Positions 52,336-64,000 of a stretch of DNA of 64,000 nucleotides are shown piece by piece. The notes beneath the pieces were generated by a model. The model was not told the origin of the DNA and ran no database searches. It worked only from the letters and a program-made list of their open reading frames with translations. Position 1 is the stretch's first letter, and every line of letters begins with the position of its first letter. Both the position numbers and the translations under genes were made by a program. Source of the DNA: Octopus sinensis (Eukaryota); NCBI RefSeq assembly GCF_006345805.1, contig NC_043000.1, positions 49,476,001-49,540,000 of the forward strand, in the 5' to 3' direction.

Positions 52336-53404
52336 TAGGGCTAAATAATAATATGAAAGAAAAGTAGGAAAAAATTTGAGTGGCTGTGAGATTCTTGCTA
52401 TCTATTCATGTACTTTTGCAATGGGAATGAATGAGAATGGCTTGTACAGTAATGAAAATAGTAGCAAGCGATTTCCCTTCTAATTTTGCCATGCTCAGAT
52501 AATAATTGCTCGGTGCTCAGAGTTTAAATCCTATCAACGACAACTTTGCATTTCTTTTATCCAAGGTCAATAAATAAAGTACCATTCTATGACAGGACAG
52601 TGGATCAGCCGAATTGTTAGATCAGTGGATGAGATGCCTTATGGTATCTATTCTGGTTCTTTGAATCTTGAATTCAAATTTCACCATGCTATCAATGACC
52701 AGAGCAAAATGTTCAGCCATGGAAGCATTCTGTCAGTGGATAGTTTGGCCTACAACCATCATAGTTAATAGTATGCTGAGGCTTCATCTAGCAGTAGGTC
52801 AACAATAGCTGAATAAAATTCAGGTGTGATCAAGCACACCTATGACCAAAGAAAGGCCTTCCAGCTATGACAATGTTATGTATTTTTTCTCTTTTTTTCA
52901 TATAATGAAGTTCGTTATTTTATCCAGTATGTCCTGTTATTTTAAGACAGTAAGCTGGAATTCAAAGGAGATTTGGTTGCTGTTTCAAGTAGATCAATCA
53001 ATTGCAAAGAGGATGTGAAATTTAATTCTCCTTAAATTTTTCTCATGCAAGATAGATGCCTTCCTATGAGATCAAAAGTAGATTTTATGTGAGAAATGAA
53101 GGTCAACAAATTTTTATTAATTTTTTTTTCCAATGTGGTTGGGGTGCATGAAGTAGGGGTAGTTTTTAAATATGTAAATATATTAAAGAGAAATCAATAT
53201 CTCCAGCAGTCAAAAGAAATCAATATATGTAGATATATATGTTATTTTAACTCTCAAGAGAATTTTTAACAGAACTAAGCTATTGAGAAAATATTGATAT
53301 AAAATTTGCCAGAGTTAAAAGTGAATATCTCCCCATAATTCTAATAAAGCACACTGTCTATGTCTTTCAATTAGCTTTGAAAATAATCAAGAATTTAATG
53401 GGAT

Positions 53405-53640
53405 TTAATAAAATTACTGACTTGGTTAAGGTGGCAAGCTAAGAGAATCATTAGCATGCTGGGTAAAATGCTTAGTGACATTTCATTCGTCTTTACTTTC
53501 TGAGTTCAAATTCTGCCAAGGTTGACTTTGCCATCCACCCTTTTAGAGTTGATAAAATAAGTACCAGCACAGCACTAGGATCAATATAATCAACTTATAC
53601 CTCCTTAAAAATTGCTGGCCTTCAGCCAAAATTTGAAAGC
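53405..53640 (+). mobile_element. SINE family B
   Basis: AAGGTGGCAAGCTAAGAGAATC...TCTGAGTTCAAATTCTGCC...GCTGGCCTTCAGCCAAAATTTGAA. Confidence 0.8.
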
Positions 53641-53829
53641 AATAAAATTGTAGACTTTGTCACAATTAATTTTGTTTTAAGAACATAAATTAGCAAAATG
53701 TTCTTACATGATATTATATTAGAAAGTTCTTGTTTAAATCCTGTCATTTTAATGTTCAAGGTTTTCTAGCATGTAGACAGTAAAGTAAGGGTAAATTTAC
53801 CTTTTTAAGTCATGCCATCTCATAAGGGC

Positions 53830-54040
53830 TGGTTTCCTGGCTTCCATGTTGTATAAATTCCCCGGCTGGATGGGATTCTGTTCTGTCACAGGATTGTTCA
53901 TTTTTGCCATGTTAGCGGACTGGAGCAATGTGAAATGTGTTTTGCTGAAGAACACAACACATCACCTGTTCCAGGAATCGAAACCACAATCTTATGATTA
54001 TGAGTTCAACATCCTAACCACTAAACCACATGCCTCCACA
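53830..54040 (-). mobile_element. SINE family D fragment
   Basis: GGACTGGAGCAATGTGAAATG...AGGAATCGAAACCAC...CCACTAAACCACATGCC. Confidence 0.7.
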
Positions 54041-54319
54041 AGCATATAAACAGGGGTTATCTTCAAGAGGTTGCTATCAAAAGGGTTAACAAAACAGTAA
54101 GGTCCAAGTAATTGTCTTCATAAGCTTAGTTTTTTAATCATAGGAGAAGAAATACAAAATTATATGTATGGAGTCAAAGTATGTGATTTCATACATAGAG
54201 GAGAGAGTAAAAGAAAGATTTGTTACAGGTGTTGCTATAATTGTAAGAAACCTAGCATTGTTGTGATGCTGTCAACTTAGTGAATTTAGAAGGCATTTCT
54301 GCCATAAATTTTGTTTATC

Positions 54320-54600
54320 ATCATCATCATCCTCATCGTCCAACGTCAACTTTCCATGCTGGTATGGGTTGGACGATTTGACTGAGGTCTAGCAAACCAG
54401 ATGGCTGCACCAGACTCCAATCGGATCTGGTAGAGTTTCTACAGCTGGATGCCCTTCCTAACGCCAATCACTCTGAGAGTGTAGTGGATGCTTTTACGTG
54501 CCACCGGCATGAGGGTCAGTCAGGCGGTACTGGCAACGGCCACGCTCAAATGGTGCTTTTTGTGTGCCATCTGCACAGGAGCCAGTCCAGCGTGCTCTCA
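54320..54600 (-). mobile_element. Family C 3' fragment
   Basis: (CAT)n...TTCCATGCTGGTATGGGTTGGACG...GGATGCCCTTCCTAACGCC. Confidence 0.85.
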
Positions 54601-55589
54601 GCATTAACATACATATACACAAACGTGTGTGTGTGTATTTATGTGCACATGTATACATCAATTTTCTGAAGTTATAGTTGGCCCACTATCACTCAAAAGG
54701 TATTGATCAACTTGAGAAAACAGTAAGACATTTTCCCAAGATGCCATATGATGAGACTGAACGTGGAACAAATGGATTCCACAGAGATCTTCATAACCAC
54801 ATAGCCATGCCTGCAGCCATAAAAAAAAGTGTTGATTAGTCTTCAGCTTTCTAATCAATTGTTTTGTAAAATAGCAGAACACCAGAAATAGAAATGTTAG
54901 ACTAAATGCTTTACAATAGTTTTTTTTTTTACAGTTTACCATATTTTTTTTGAAAATCTTGTTGGAATTGACTTTGTTGTTTTATCTCTTCAAGTGTTGG
55001 TAAAATATCCACTAGGTGCTTATTGGTTAACATATTACTATCAATCTGCACATTGAAACCATACCCTGTCTCCATCATCTCTGCATGTCAGAACAAGGTT
55101 CTACTAACCTCTGTTCATGAACAGGGCTTTGTCTGGTGAAAATATTGAAACAAAGCAAGATTATAAATCATTGGTTTTATTTCCATTTTTTTCACCTGCA
55201 TTGTAGTGACTTTCTCATTAATCTTTCTTTGTTTTCTATAATGCTTCAAATAAATTACATTCAATTTACAAACCATATATCCTAGCATTGATTTAGTTGA
55301 CTATAATGATTCTTAACAAGTTTCAAATCTTTAACTCTTAAAAGGCAAACTTAATCCTTTCGTTCCCATAAGCTCAATAAAATAGTAGAACCCTGTTGCA
55401 GGTATGTCATTATATTCCATTCTCCTCTTTTCTCTTGCAAAACTAGTATTTTCCTGAGGATGATGGATGATGGATGATAGACTAAATATATTAGCCATTT
55501 AAACACCATCACAACATTTTGGGTGCCCTCTGTAGAGTTTACTCTGTTGCAAGCATTCAGACTTGCAAAGTACCTTTGAATCATCAGGT

Positions 55590-56048
55590 GCCATGCTGTG
55601 CCTGAGGAGACCTATTGAGTCGAGTAAAATCAAAATCCCAATTAGAATCTCAATCAAATCGAAATCAAAATGGAAATTGCAGTTGTGGCCGATGCCAGTG
55701 CTCCTTGACTGGCTCCCATGCTGGTCACATGCTGGTCACATGCAATAAGTGCCTTTTATACATGGGTTGATGCCAGTGCCAGCTCACTGGCTCCTGTGCT
55801 GGTGGCACGTAAAATGCACCATCTGAACATCATCAATATCAGTGCTGCCTGACTGGCCCCCATGCTGGTGGTATGTAAAAAGTACCTACTACACTCTCAG
55901 AGTGGTTGGCATTAGGAAGGACATCTAGTTGTAGAAACCTTGCCAGATCAGATTATAGCCTGGCTCCACCTCCTGGCTTGCCAGTCTCCTACCAAACCAT
56001 CCAACCCATACCAGCATGGAAAACGGACGTTAAATGATGATGATGAGG
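55590..56048 (+). mobile_element. Long family C copy (probable RTE 3' UTR) with (GAT)n tail
   Basis: Begins ATGCTGTGCCTGAGGAGAC...TGTGGCCGATGCCAGTG, similar to the RTE end at 49862-49930; ends GGACGTTAAATGATGATGATG. Confidence 0.8.
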
Positions 56049-56606
56049 ATAATATATATATATGTATATATGTATATATATATATATATATATATAGTTT
56101 GTTTCCAATCCATGTGGTCATGGTTTCAGTCCCATGCATAGCACTTTGGCAAATGTCTTCTACTATAACCTTAAGCCAACCAATATTTATATATTTGTGT
56201 GTGTGTGTATATATGTATAGATGTGTGTGCGTGCATGCATGTATGTGTGTGTATGCATGCATATCTATGAATGTGTGTCTGTCTTCCATTACCACTTAGC
56301 AAGCAGTGTTGGTTTGTTTACACACCTATAAATTAGCAGTTTGGCAAAGTAGACCAATAGAATAAGTACCAATAGAATAAAGTAGTGGGCTTGATTTGTT
56401 CAGCTAAAAACCCTTCAAGACAGTATTCCATTCAGCATGGTCACAGTTCAATGACTGAAACTGATTAGTGCATATATATATGTTGGTAGGAAGGGCATCC
56501 AGCCATAGAAACCATGTCAAATCAGACTGGAATTTGGTGCAGCTCTCTGGTTTACCAGTTCCAGTCAAGCTATCAAACCCATGCCAGCATGGAAACAGAC
56601 GCTAAA

Positions 56607-56664
<58 letters not shown>

Positions 56665-57660
56665 GATGATTATGTATGTATGTATGTTATGGTATTCAAT
56701 GTTGTTCTTGAACTACAACTCTTCATTACAGGTGATCAATGATCAAAAATGTTTCAGTCATAACCATCACGTCTCTTTTTTTTACTGACATAATGTAGCT
56801 AGGACTACGTTTACTAATGAGCTCTTCTTTTTTCTAAGACAGTAGAATGTACTTTGAGAAGATTTGGCCATTATTTCTAATAAGTTGAGTGATCATGTAA
56901 AGATTTCCTCACTGGCCTGTTGTTGATCAGTGTTACAATTATAAAAGTGTTATTATTATAGTTAAACCCCAGGACAGTATTTTTGCTTCTGACTGTGTCA
57001 TAATGTAGAACTCCTTTCTTTAAATCCCTATTGATCTGCTTGAGCCAGGCTAATATGAAGCTAAAGAGAAACAACAAACAGAAATTTAAAGATAAACATT
57101 GGAATAGATCAATATACTTTTTTGTAGCTGGACTAACAAAATCTATACCCATTAAAATTTACCATTTGTATTTATTTTTTCTCTTAGTCTGTTCTTTCCA
57201 ATTATTCTTTGTATTTTTACAGGGTTTTTTTTTCTTTTGGTGGCGGTGGTGGGAAGTTAGTCTTTTTTTTCTGTTTTTGTTTTTTGTTTTCGGAATTATT
57301 TCTTTATTGATATCTTAAGCAGAAGGATAACTGTTATTAAGTTGGAGCATATGGTTCATTGCATTAAAAACAGATATGTTTACAGATGAATGAAATCTCT
57401 TACTTTTAGCTAAAGAATTATTTTACTATAGCATCAAAGTAGAGTCATGTTAGGCATTTAAAATACACAAATACACATACACTGTAATATTGTTATTGTG
57501 GTTAAGAAGCTTGCTTTTCAACTACATAGTTTTGGGTATAGCACCACAGGTACATGCCTTTACTATTGTCTCCTTTAGACAAAAAATAGTGGAGAGAAAC
57601 TGTACAAAACCCATTATATGTATATATATGTATGTATGTATACATATATATATATATATG

Positions 57661-57690
<30 letters not shown>

Positions 57691-57692
<2 letters not shown>

Positions 57693-58079
57693 ATGGGTCT
57701 TTTATAGTTTGGTGTGTGTATGTGAGTGTTTCTCATCCTTCCAGGTCTTGACAGCCAGTGTTAGTTTGTTTACATCCCCACAATTTAGTGGTTCACCAAA
57801 AGAGATCAATAAAATTAGTACCAATCTTAAAAAGTAAATGCTGGAAGCAATTTATTCACCTAAACTGCAACCATACTGGGGCAATGCCTTGAAATGTTTT
57901 GATGAACGAATCATCCCCAGTACTTATTTTTTTAAGTTCAGTACTTAGTTGATTTTATCTCCTTTGTTGAATCACTAAGTCATGGGGATTTAAAGAAAAT
58001 AACAACAGTTGAGAAGTGTTGAAAGTGGGAGAAACACATACATACACACAAACACACATAGTGTGTGTATGTATGTATG

Positions 58080-58118
<39 letters not shown>

Positions 58119-58548
58119 TATATATATAATGGGTCTTTTATAGTTTGGTGTGTGTATGTGAGTGTTTCTCATCCTTCCAGGTCTTGACAGCCAGTGTTAG
58201 TTTGTTTACATCCCCACAATTTAGTGGTTCACCAAAAGAGATCAATAAAATTAGTACCAATCTTAAAAAGTAAATGCTGGAAGCAATTTATTCACCTAAA
58301 CTGCAACCATACTGGGGCAATGCCTTGAAATGTTTTGATGAACGAATCATCCCCAGTACTTATTTTTTTAAGTTCAGTACTTAGTTGATTTTATCTCCTT
58401 TGTTGAATCACTAAGTCATGGGGATTTAAAGAAAATAACAACAGTTGAGAAGTGTTGAAAGTGGGAGAAACACATACATACACACAAACACACATAGTGT
58501 GTGTATGTATGTATGTATGTATATATATATATATATATATATATACAT
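57691..58548. repeat. Apparently exact 436-bp direct tandem duplication
   Basis: TAATGGGTCTTTTATAG... starts at 57691 and again at 58127; no differences seen outside the terminal (TA)n. Confidence 0.92.
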
Positions 58549-59194
58549 ACACAATATACTTTGTGGATTCATGTTTATGATACTGCAAATAACAGTGTTA
58601 AGTTTCTGAACCCAAAGTGGTGAACTTAATGCAGTAACAGGTGTAGTTGATTTGATTGTAGTGTAAGTAGAATTAATTTTTAAAATAGGCACTAGGCCAA
58701 ACATTCTTGGGAGAGGAATTTAATATAGATAATGATATACACCTTAAAATTCTGCTGGTTTATATTTCATTGATCCCAGAATGATGAATGTCAACACTGT
58801 TATCTCAGTCGATTTATAATCAAAATATAGAGCCATCACTAAATACTACAAGGCATTTGTCTGTACACTGCCATTTTTGCCAGTCTACTACCTCTAATAA
58901 TGATGCTGATAATAATGTGATGGTCACTCCCATAAATTCTGATGCATGAGTGTTTGAAATAAAGGATTTAAAAAAAAAAAGAAAACGATTAATCATAATG
59001 AGAACAATGATGATTTTGATTTTGCCGGGGATTCGCTAAATATCTCTATCGATTACAGGATAAAGTTCTTTTATTTTTCTGTTACTTCAAATCAAATTGT
59101 TTAGATGCATCATGAAGCATTTTACACCAGTTAGATCAATCTAAGCAATAGCTTACCCAACATTTTAAATTAAGCTGTAGGAATTTTTGTTTGT

Positions 59195-61025
59195 TTCAGC
59201 TTACCTTAGGAGGGGGTTTTCTTTTACCATGGAATCCCTCTACTTGTCAGCCACACTAAAATATTCTTGGAATGCAATCATATTGGATTCAAACATGTCC
59301 TACCCATCTGCACTAAATTCTCTACAGCATTCTTTCAATCCTGGAGATATCACGTTTTTCTAAACTTTTGACATTTCATATCTTGTCCTACCAATTTATG
59401 CTGCAGATATTACACAGACAGTGTATGTGAAAGGTTCCAAGTTTCTTTGTATGTCTGTAGTAGGGAGTGCATGCTTTTACTTCATACAAAAGTGTGCTCA
59501 AAATATAAGATTTGTATACACTTATTTTATTTTTCAAACTGACATCATGTTCATCTCACAAACAATGGAATGGTTTTCCAAAAGCATTTATAGCCTTAGA
59601 TATTCTAACATTGATTTTATTATCAAGAGTCCTCTTACAGTTTAGTGTACTTCCAAGATATTTAAATGACCTGATCCATTTGAGTGGCTTATTGTCAATC
59701 ATCACAAATAAATCTTGAGTATGTTCTGTCCCAGGCTTTGGTTAGAATAAACCTTCAGTCCAAATGCACAAGCTTCCTATCAACTATTTCCTGAATTCAT
59801 TCAAATGCATGAGAAATCAAAGTACAATCATCAGTAAACCGGATGCTGTGGTAGCAGAGTAGGTAGTGTGTCGGTCTCATAATCCAGATGTTGCATAATC
59901 CAAAATTGCATAGAATCTCTGCCCTAGCATTTTTTTATTCTTTGATCCATAGTTTTGCCCATTTAGGTTTAGTTGACCTCCATCTGTACAAAACTGAAAT
60001 TTTACGCCTTCATGGTAATCCTTGAAAGTATGTTGAAGTATCATTGAAAAGAATGTGGCAAAAAGTATAGGCACAGGAGTTGCTGTGTGGTAAGTAGCTT
60101 GCTTGCCAACCACATGGCTCTGGGTTCAGTCCCACTGTGTGGAACCTTGGGGAAGTGTCTTCTACTATGGTCTCGGGCCACCAAAGCCTTGTGAGTAGAT
60201 TTAGTAGACGGAAACTGAAAGAAGCCCATCGTACATATGTATATATATGTATGTGTGTGTGTGTCCCCGCCCAACATCGCTTGACAACCAATGCTGGTGT
60301 GTTTACGTCCCCATAACTTAGTGGTTCGACAAAAGAGACCGATAGAATAAGTACTGGGCTTACAGCGAATAAATCCTGGGGTTGATTTGCTCGACTAAAG
60401 GCGGTGCTTCAGCATGGCCACAGTCACATGACTGAAACAAGTAAAAGAGTAAGCTAAAAGACAGCATTGCTTAGTACCAGGGGAAACAGAAAATACCTCT
60501 GAACATTGACTTTTAGACATCACTGTTCCTTTGTACAAAGATACTGTTACTCTTATTATTTTATCAGGAAGACCAACTTTTGGCAAAATCTTCCAAAGCA
60601 CCTCTCAATTCTCTGTATCAAATGCCTTGGTCAAGTTGACAAAGGCCATGTACAAGTCAGTATTTTGCTCAAGTGCTCTTTCTTGGACTTGCCTAAGAGC
60701 AAAAATCATATCAGCCATGCTTTTCCCAGCCTGAAATTCACATTGGGATTCAGAATACATGCAATTTATTTAGATGCTTATTGATGTGGTTAAGAATCAC
60801 ACTCACAATAATTTTTCCAACTATGCACAAGCAACTTATTCTGCTGTGTTTATCACATACACCCTTTGTTTTTGTGGAAGTGCATTATAGATGCATATTT
60901 GAACAGATCCAGTTTCCCAGATCAAAATCATCAATTTGCACAGCTTTCTTACAAGATGACTACCACCAAACTTGTACACTTCTATGAGAATACTGCCTTG
61001 TTCAGAAGCTTTACTGTTGGAAAAT
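59195..61025 (-). mobile_element. Decayed RTE/BovB-like LINE RT and C-terminus, interrupted by a family A SINE
   Basis: EVYKFGGSHLVRKL; LWKILPKVGLPDKII...GTKQCCLLA; ILFATFFSMILQHTF...TDGG; FKYLGSTL...RWVGHV (manual minus-strand translation with stops). Confidence 0.85.
60068..60452 (+). mobile_element. SINE family A, full length, nested in the BovB-like RT
   Basis: Complete head/core/tail; removing it approximately rejoins the RT motif CLLA-(P)ILFA. Confidence 0.9.
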
Positions 61026-61074
61026 AATAATAATAATGATAATAGTGATAATGATGATGATGATGATGATGATT

Positions 61075-61282
61075 TCAAATTTTTGCCACTAGGGCAGTTT
61101 AGTGGAGAGGATTAAGTCGATTCCACTGACCCCAGTGTTTCACTGGTACTTAATTTATCGACCCCGAAAAGATGAAAGGCAAAGTTGACCTGGGTGGAAT
61201 TTGAATTCAGAATGTAGCAACAGGCAAAATACCACTAAGCATTTCATCCAGTCTGATAACGATTTTGCCAGCTCACCGCCTT
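61075..61282 (-). mobile_element. SINE family B
   Basis: TTAAGTCGATTCCACTGACCCCAG...GATGAAAGGCAAAGTTGACC...TTGCCAGCTCACCGCC. Confidence 0.85.
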
Positions 61283-61309
61283 AATAATAGAAATAATGAT
61301 AATAATAAT

Positions 61310-61340
<31 letters not shown>

Positions 61341-61449
61341 ATAAGGATAATAATAATAATATTAATAATAATAATAATGATAATAATATTAATAATGATA
61401 ATAATTATAATAATGATAATAATAATAATAAAGGTTGTTGTTCTCATGG

Positions 61450-61910
61450 CCAAGCAGTGGCTCTCATGGCTTCTGAGCTTAAATGACTGGAAGTGTCAAC
61501 ATGTAAATGTTTTGTCTTGGTGTAAAAAATGGGCAACAGTAAAATATTCAGCTCATTACCACAGATTTACTACTCAATTGCTTGACCATAACCAATTGAG
61601 TATTCCCTTAGTATCTAATATGTGCATCACTGCCCACAAGCAATGGGGGAAGCATCATGCCCATGTATTGAGAGGAAGGCTTTGGGGCTTGAATAATTCA
61701 CCTCTGGAAACATGAGAGTTTCATTCATCATCCTTAAACAATCCTTATTCAGAGACCTTTTGAATGGGATGGACCACTCAACCTGAAGAATTTGAGTATT
61801 CTTTGTAAGGTCATGCTCTGTTTATCTTGAGAAGAAATCACCATGCACATATGGTTGTGATGCATTTATCTGATGTACCCTTATCAGATGGGTGCACTGC
61901 TATTTTGCTC
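61450..61910 (+). mobile_element. ~500-bp non-coding interspersed element embedded in (TAA)n (copy 1, internal deletion)
   Basis: Reverse-complement homolog of 63097-63636. Confidence 0.8.
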
Positions 61911-62174
61911 AATAATCATATTAATAATAACGGTCCCGATTTTTGGCACAAGGCTAGTAATTTGAGTGGGATGAAATAGGTCGATTACATCAACCCCAGT
62001 GCTCAACTAGTACTTATTTAATTAACTCCAAAAGGGTGAAAGGCAAAGTCCACCTTGACCTAATTTGAACTCAGAATACAAAGACAAAATGGCACCAAGT
62101 ATTTTGTCCAGCATGAAAATGATTCTACTAGCTCACCACCTTAATAATAATAATGATGATGATGATGATGATGA

Positions 62175-62520
62175 TAAGAAAAGAAGAGTGTGATACAATT
62201 TAGGAAAAATATTGACGCTGTATATTGGATTGAAAAATAATTCAATACTATGTCTGTCTTCCTCAGGTTCAGTGTGTTAAGGACTGTGCAAGATGAAACA
62301 GGCAAAGAGATAGAGGAGACTGAAATTGAGTATCCTGTAGGGCTTCTACAGAAGGTTAGTCTCCTAGAAACAGGGGAGATCACCAGAAAGTTTTTGAGCA
62401 CTATTGAAATCAAGTGGATATCTAAGGTTATAGGTAGTAAACCACTGCCCACATAATGTCTACCAGAAATAAGGTCAATCCTAAGTTCAAGAAGACAAAA
62501 AATATTAATAGAAATAATAA
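62175..62520 (+). mobile_element. 3' end of an R4/Dong-like non-LTR retrotransposon (restriction-like endonuclease tail) ending in (TAA)n
   Basis: ORF 62250..62456 ...VGLLQKVSLLETGEITRKFLST resembles the R4-clade C-terminal LLQK..LLGTA.I.RKVL motif (recalled); short 3' UTR runs into TAA repeats. Confidence 0.55.
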
Positions 62521-62531
62521 TAATAATAATA

Positions 62532-62581
<50 letters not shown>

Positions 62582-62968
62582 GATGTGAAGGGGTGGAGGA
62601 GGAGGAGGCGGACGATGATGATGATGAGGATAATAATAATAATAATTCTTTACATACAATAAATTAATGAAAGATTTATTTTTCATGTCTTGACAACTTT
62701 TATTCTTTTCCTTCCTCTCTTAAATCTCTTCTTTCTTCTTTTATTTCTTCTTATCACTTGCCATATAAAGGCTGATGTTTACACTATTTAGATAAGTATT
62801 AATTAAATTCTAACGATACTAAATGTCTGTATTTGGATGAAAAACAAGTGTTTTCCTTCAAACATATAATGTAAAATATTATATGAAGGCAAACTATTGA
62901 AATAAAACCAATTATAGGTTTTAATTATGATTACAAGACTTTCTGTTGCTAATCATTATTATTATTAC

Positions 62969-63004
<36 letters not shown>

Positions 63005-63096
63005 GATTTATTATTATTATTAATATTATTGTTGTTGTTATTATTATTTTTATTATTATTATTATTATTATTATTTTTATCATTATTATTATTATC

Positions 63097-63636
63097 GAGT
63101 GAGAGAGCAGTGCATGCCATCAGAGTGACCCTGGAGTAAAATATATGAAGCCCAATATACCTATCATGACTACCCATCTGATAAGGGTACACCAGGCACA
63201 TGCATCACAGCCATATGTGCGTGACATGGCGATCTCATATCAAGATAGGCAGTGCATGACGTTGCAGTGGGGCCCAGTTAGAATTTTCTTCAGGTTGAGT
63301 AGCCCATCCCACTCAAAAGGTCCCTGAATAAGAGTTGTTTAAGGATGTTCAATGAAACACCCATATCTCCAAAGGTGAATTATCCAAAACCCCAAAGACT
63401 TCCTCTCAACACATGGTCATGATGCTCCCCCACAACCTCAGCTTGTGATCAGAGATGCACATATCATCAGCCACTAAGGGACATGCTCAACTGGTTAAGA
63501 TCAAACAATTGACAAGCAACTCTGTGGTACTGAGCAGAATATTTGCTGTAGCCCATCTTTTATACCAAGACAAAACAATGTACATGATAACACTCCCAAT
63601 CAGTTAAGATCAGAAGCCATGAGAACCACTGCCTGG
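63097..63636 (-). mobile_element. ~540-bp non-coding interspersed element embedded in (TTA)n (copy 2)
   Basis: Homologous to 61450-61910 in inverted orientation; both ends abut ATT-type microsatellites. Confidence 0.8.
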
Positions 63637-63647
63637 TATTATTATTA

Positions 63648-63697
<50 letters not shown>

Positions 63698-63825
63698 GTG
63701 GCATTCATCTGCCACTACATTATGAGTTCAAATTCCGATGAGATTGATTTTAACTTTCATCCTTTCAGGGTCGACAAAATAAGTACCAGTTGCTCTAGTG
63801 GCTGAATTTGAAACCGTTGTTGTTG

Positions 63826-63901
<76 letters not shown>

Positions 63902-64000
63902 CATCATCATCATCATCATCATCATTATTAGTTTTTCTTCTTTCAGTTTTGTTTCCATTTCTTGCCAAGTGTCTTCCTGATACCCAGTGCAAAGAAACTC

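Noticed and set aside
55520-55625. CTGATGA (minus) and CTGAGGA (plus) boxes with adjacent hairpins
   Set aside because: Neither is followed by GAAA at the base of the hairpin

Overview
AT-rich, repeat-dense animal genomic DNA. The SINE families resemble the tRNA-derived octopus OR/OK types, so this is most likely an Octopus genome (inference). No complete protein-coding gene can be supported, and nearly all ORF-track entries translate (TA)n/(CA)n/(TAA)n microsatellites or SINEs. The window holds dozens of SINE copies from at least four families. It also holds decayed L1-like, RTE-like (two lineages) and R4/Dong-like retroelement fragments, two Tc1/mariner (maT-like) relics and several MITE/fold-back elements. 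The main unexplained signal is a set of type-I hammerhead ribozyme (HHR) motifs. Three have an intact catalytic core: a tandem pair 362 nt apart at 23179-23591, and one at 47764-47808 at the tip of a fold-back with perfect 42-bp inverted termini. About five more loci carry degenerate or half copies. Together they suggest a retrozyme/Penelope-like system that often lands in (TA)n tracts, including the internal microsatellite of a SINE. A few weak candidate exons are listed at low confidence, one of them BTB-like.
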